NCBI GenBank assembly: GCA_010909165.1 | Contig: MU008174.1 | Location: 372,001-436,000 of the forward strand | Origin: Anthoceros angustus | Lineage: Eukaryota > Plantae > Anthocerotophyta | Direction of reading: 5' to 3' | Length of the DNA stretch: 64,000 bases | Shown: piece by piece, positions 62,725 through 64,000 of the stretch | Layout of the letters: every line of letters starts with the position of its first letter | Position numbering within the stretch: position 1 is the stretch's first letter | The notes under the pieces: model-generated | Databases searched by the model: none | The model's input: only the letters and a program-made list of their open reading frames with translations | What the model was told of the DNA's origin: nothing | Program-made: the position numbers and the translations under genes

Positions 62725-63828
62725 TCAGCTTGAAGCAGTCATCTGGATGAAGGCCAAGTTTGCTAGTATCCTATAGCCAGTGTTAGCTCTATTGTCCGGG
62801 AGCGCGTATGATTGACGTGCTGTCAATGAGGAATCTGGTTGTGGTGTGAAGCCCAAGAGAGTGTAAGCCTCCAGGATGAGTGAGTAGCCTTCGCTCGTCT
62901 TTCTTCCTAGCTCTCTCAAGATGCTATCCTTCCTTTCAAGTAAGTTGTCATTCTGTTGCATTTGATCGAATGACATCCATGAGTGAGCTGATCTGATTTG
63001 TAATGTTTATAGGCCCGGAGTTGGCCTTATCACTGTGGCCAGTGTGTACTGTAGGTGCTGTTTGTTATGATTATTACCGGACCCCGACCTCTCATTTTTT
63101 GTGCTCCGGACTCCTTCCGTCTGCTGTGTCTAATTCCCTATAGTGTCGTCTCTGGTTTATATTCCAAGGAAACTCAACAAATCCAGAACGGGCAAAAGAG
63201 GGTGGCCATGGAGCTGAGCATGCGCTCCTCCTTTCCAAAGTTTGGAAGAGAGCTACATATTTTTTAAACGAAATAAAACGGTCGCGAGTTATACACATGC
63301 CTGTTTGGTCCACTTTGTATGTATTCTGCTTCACGGAAGACGCAAAACTTCCCGTCTTCCCGGCCCAGCCTTGCGATTACTCTCCGAAGACGAAATCTGG
63401 TGCATAGTGCTGATGATGGACGAGATGGTTGCATCCAGAGAAGGCTTGCTGCTGCCTCCTCTGCTGCTCGCCATGTGGACCCGTTGCTTTTGGCCTCGCC
63501 GCTCCTTCCCCTTGGCCCTGGAGGTGTCGGATGGGCTCCCTCCATCCCCCGAGCTCTCACTGCTGGCACTGAACACGAAGCCTGAAAAGGGCTCGGCGCC
63601 ATGTCCAACATCGCCGTGTAGTTCTCCGGCTGAGCTGCTGCTGATTGCAGCTGCATCGGGCTCAAGTTGCTCTGAAATCGTCACAGTATCCAGCTCACCA
63701 GTGAGACTTTCGGACACGGGCTCTAGCTCCTTCGCATCATCGTGGTTGCTTTCAGTAGATTGGGCTGCCGCAGTTGCGCACTGCCTGGATTTGGCTTTTG
63801 CTTTGCTCTTGTGCTTCTTGGTTGCCAT
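62725..63828 (-). CDS. Probable gene of unknown function, convergent with the ArfGAP (exon structure uncertain)
   Basis: 165-aa Ser/Lys-rich ORF 63331-63828 preceded by an intron-like GTAAG...CCAG (about 63926-63847). Further minus-strand ORFs at 63092-63334 and 62725-62976. Confidence 0.4.
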
Positions 63829-64000
63829 AAGGCCTCAAGATCCTGCTGGAAATACCGAGTAGTCTCCAACTTGTGTCACAAATTCTCTTCAAAACACGCT
63901 TCAGAGCATTCAAGACGTGTCTTACCTAGAATCAAGGAAATCCGGATTGCCGAGGACCGGCCCCCACATCTTCAGATCCGGCACAGATTAGATGCAGAAA

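Overview
Eukaryotic plant nuclear DNA with compact genes and short (about 70-170 nt) introns. This resembles a small-genome early-diverging land plant such as a hornwort, but that is inference only. Two transposon-rich islands (about 1.5-17.6 kb and 31.7-56.8 kb) separate ordinary host genes. The host genes are the 3' end of a Pro/Glu-repeat gene, plastid ribosomal protein PSRP4/RPS31, argininosuccinate lyase head-to-head with a conserved plastid protein, membrane-anchored UDP-xylose synthase (with a U12 AT-AC intron), prefoldin 1 (with a 7-nt microexon) and an AGD14/AGFG-type ArfGAP. The most unusual structure is a family of TGTGG...CCACA-terminated elements of about 4.4-5.5 kb (2101-8704 with a perfect GATAT TSD, 9733-15217, and truncated 51124-54603), plus a 1.8-kb ORF-less relative (37008-38777). 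They look like giant solo LTRs that carry their own promoter and a long protein-coding gene upstream of the LTR TATA box. Also present are a full-length Copia element (145-bp LTRs, CAATA TSD) carrying a nested non-autonomous CACTA element and a 3' antisense ORF, and decayed Sola-like (DUF7869) and Plavaka-like transposases. Many indel-rich local tandem duplications may be long-read assembly artefacts.
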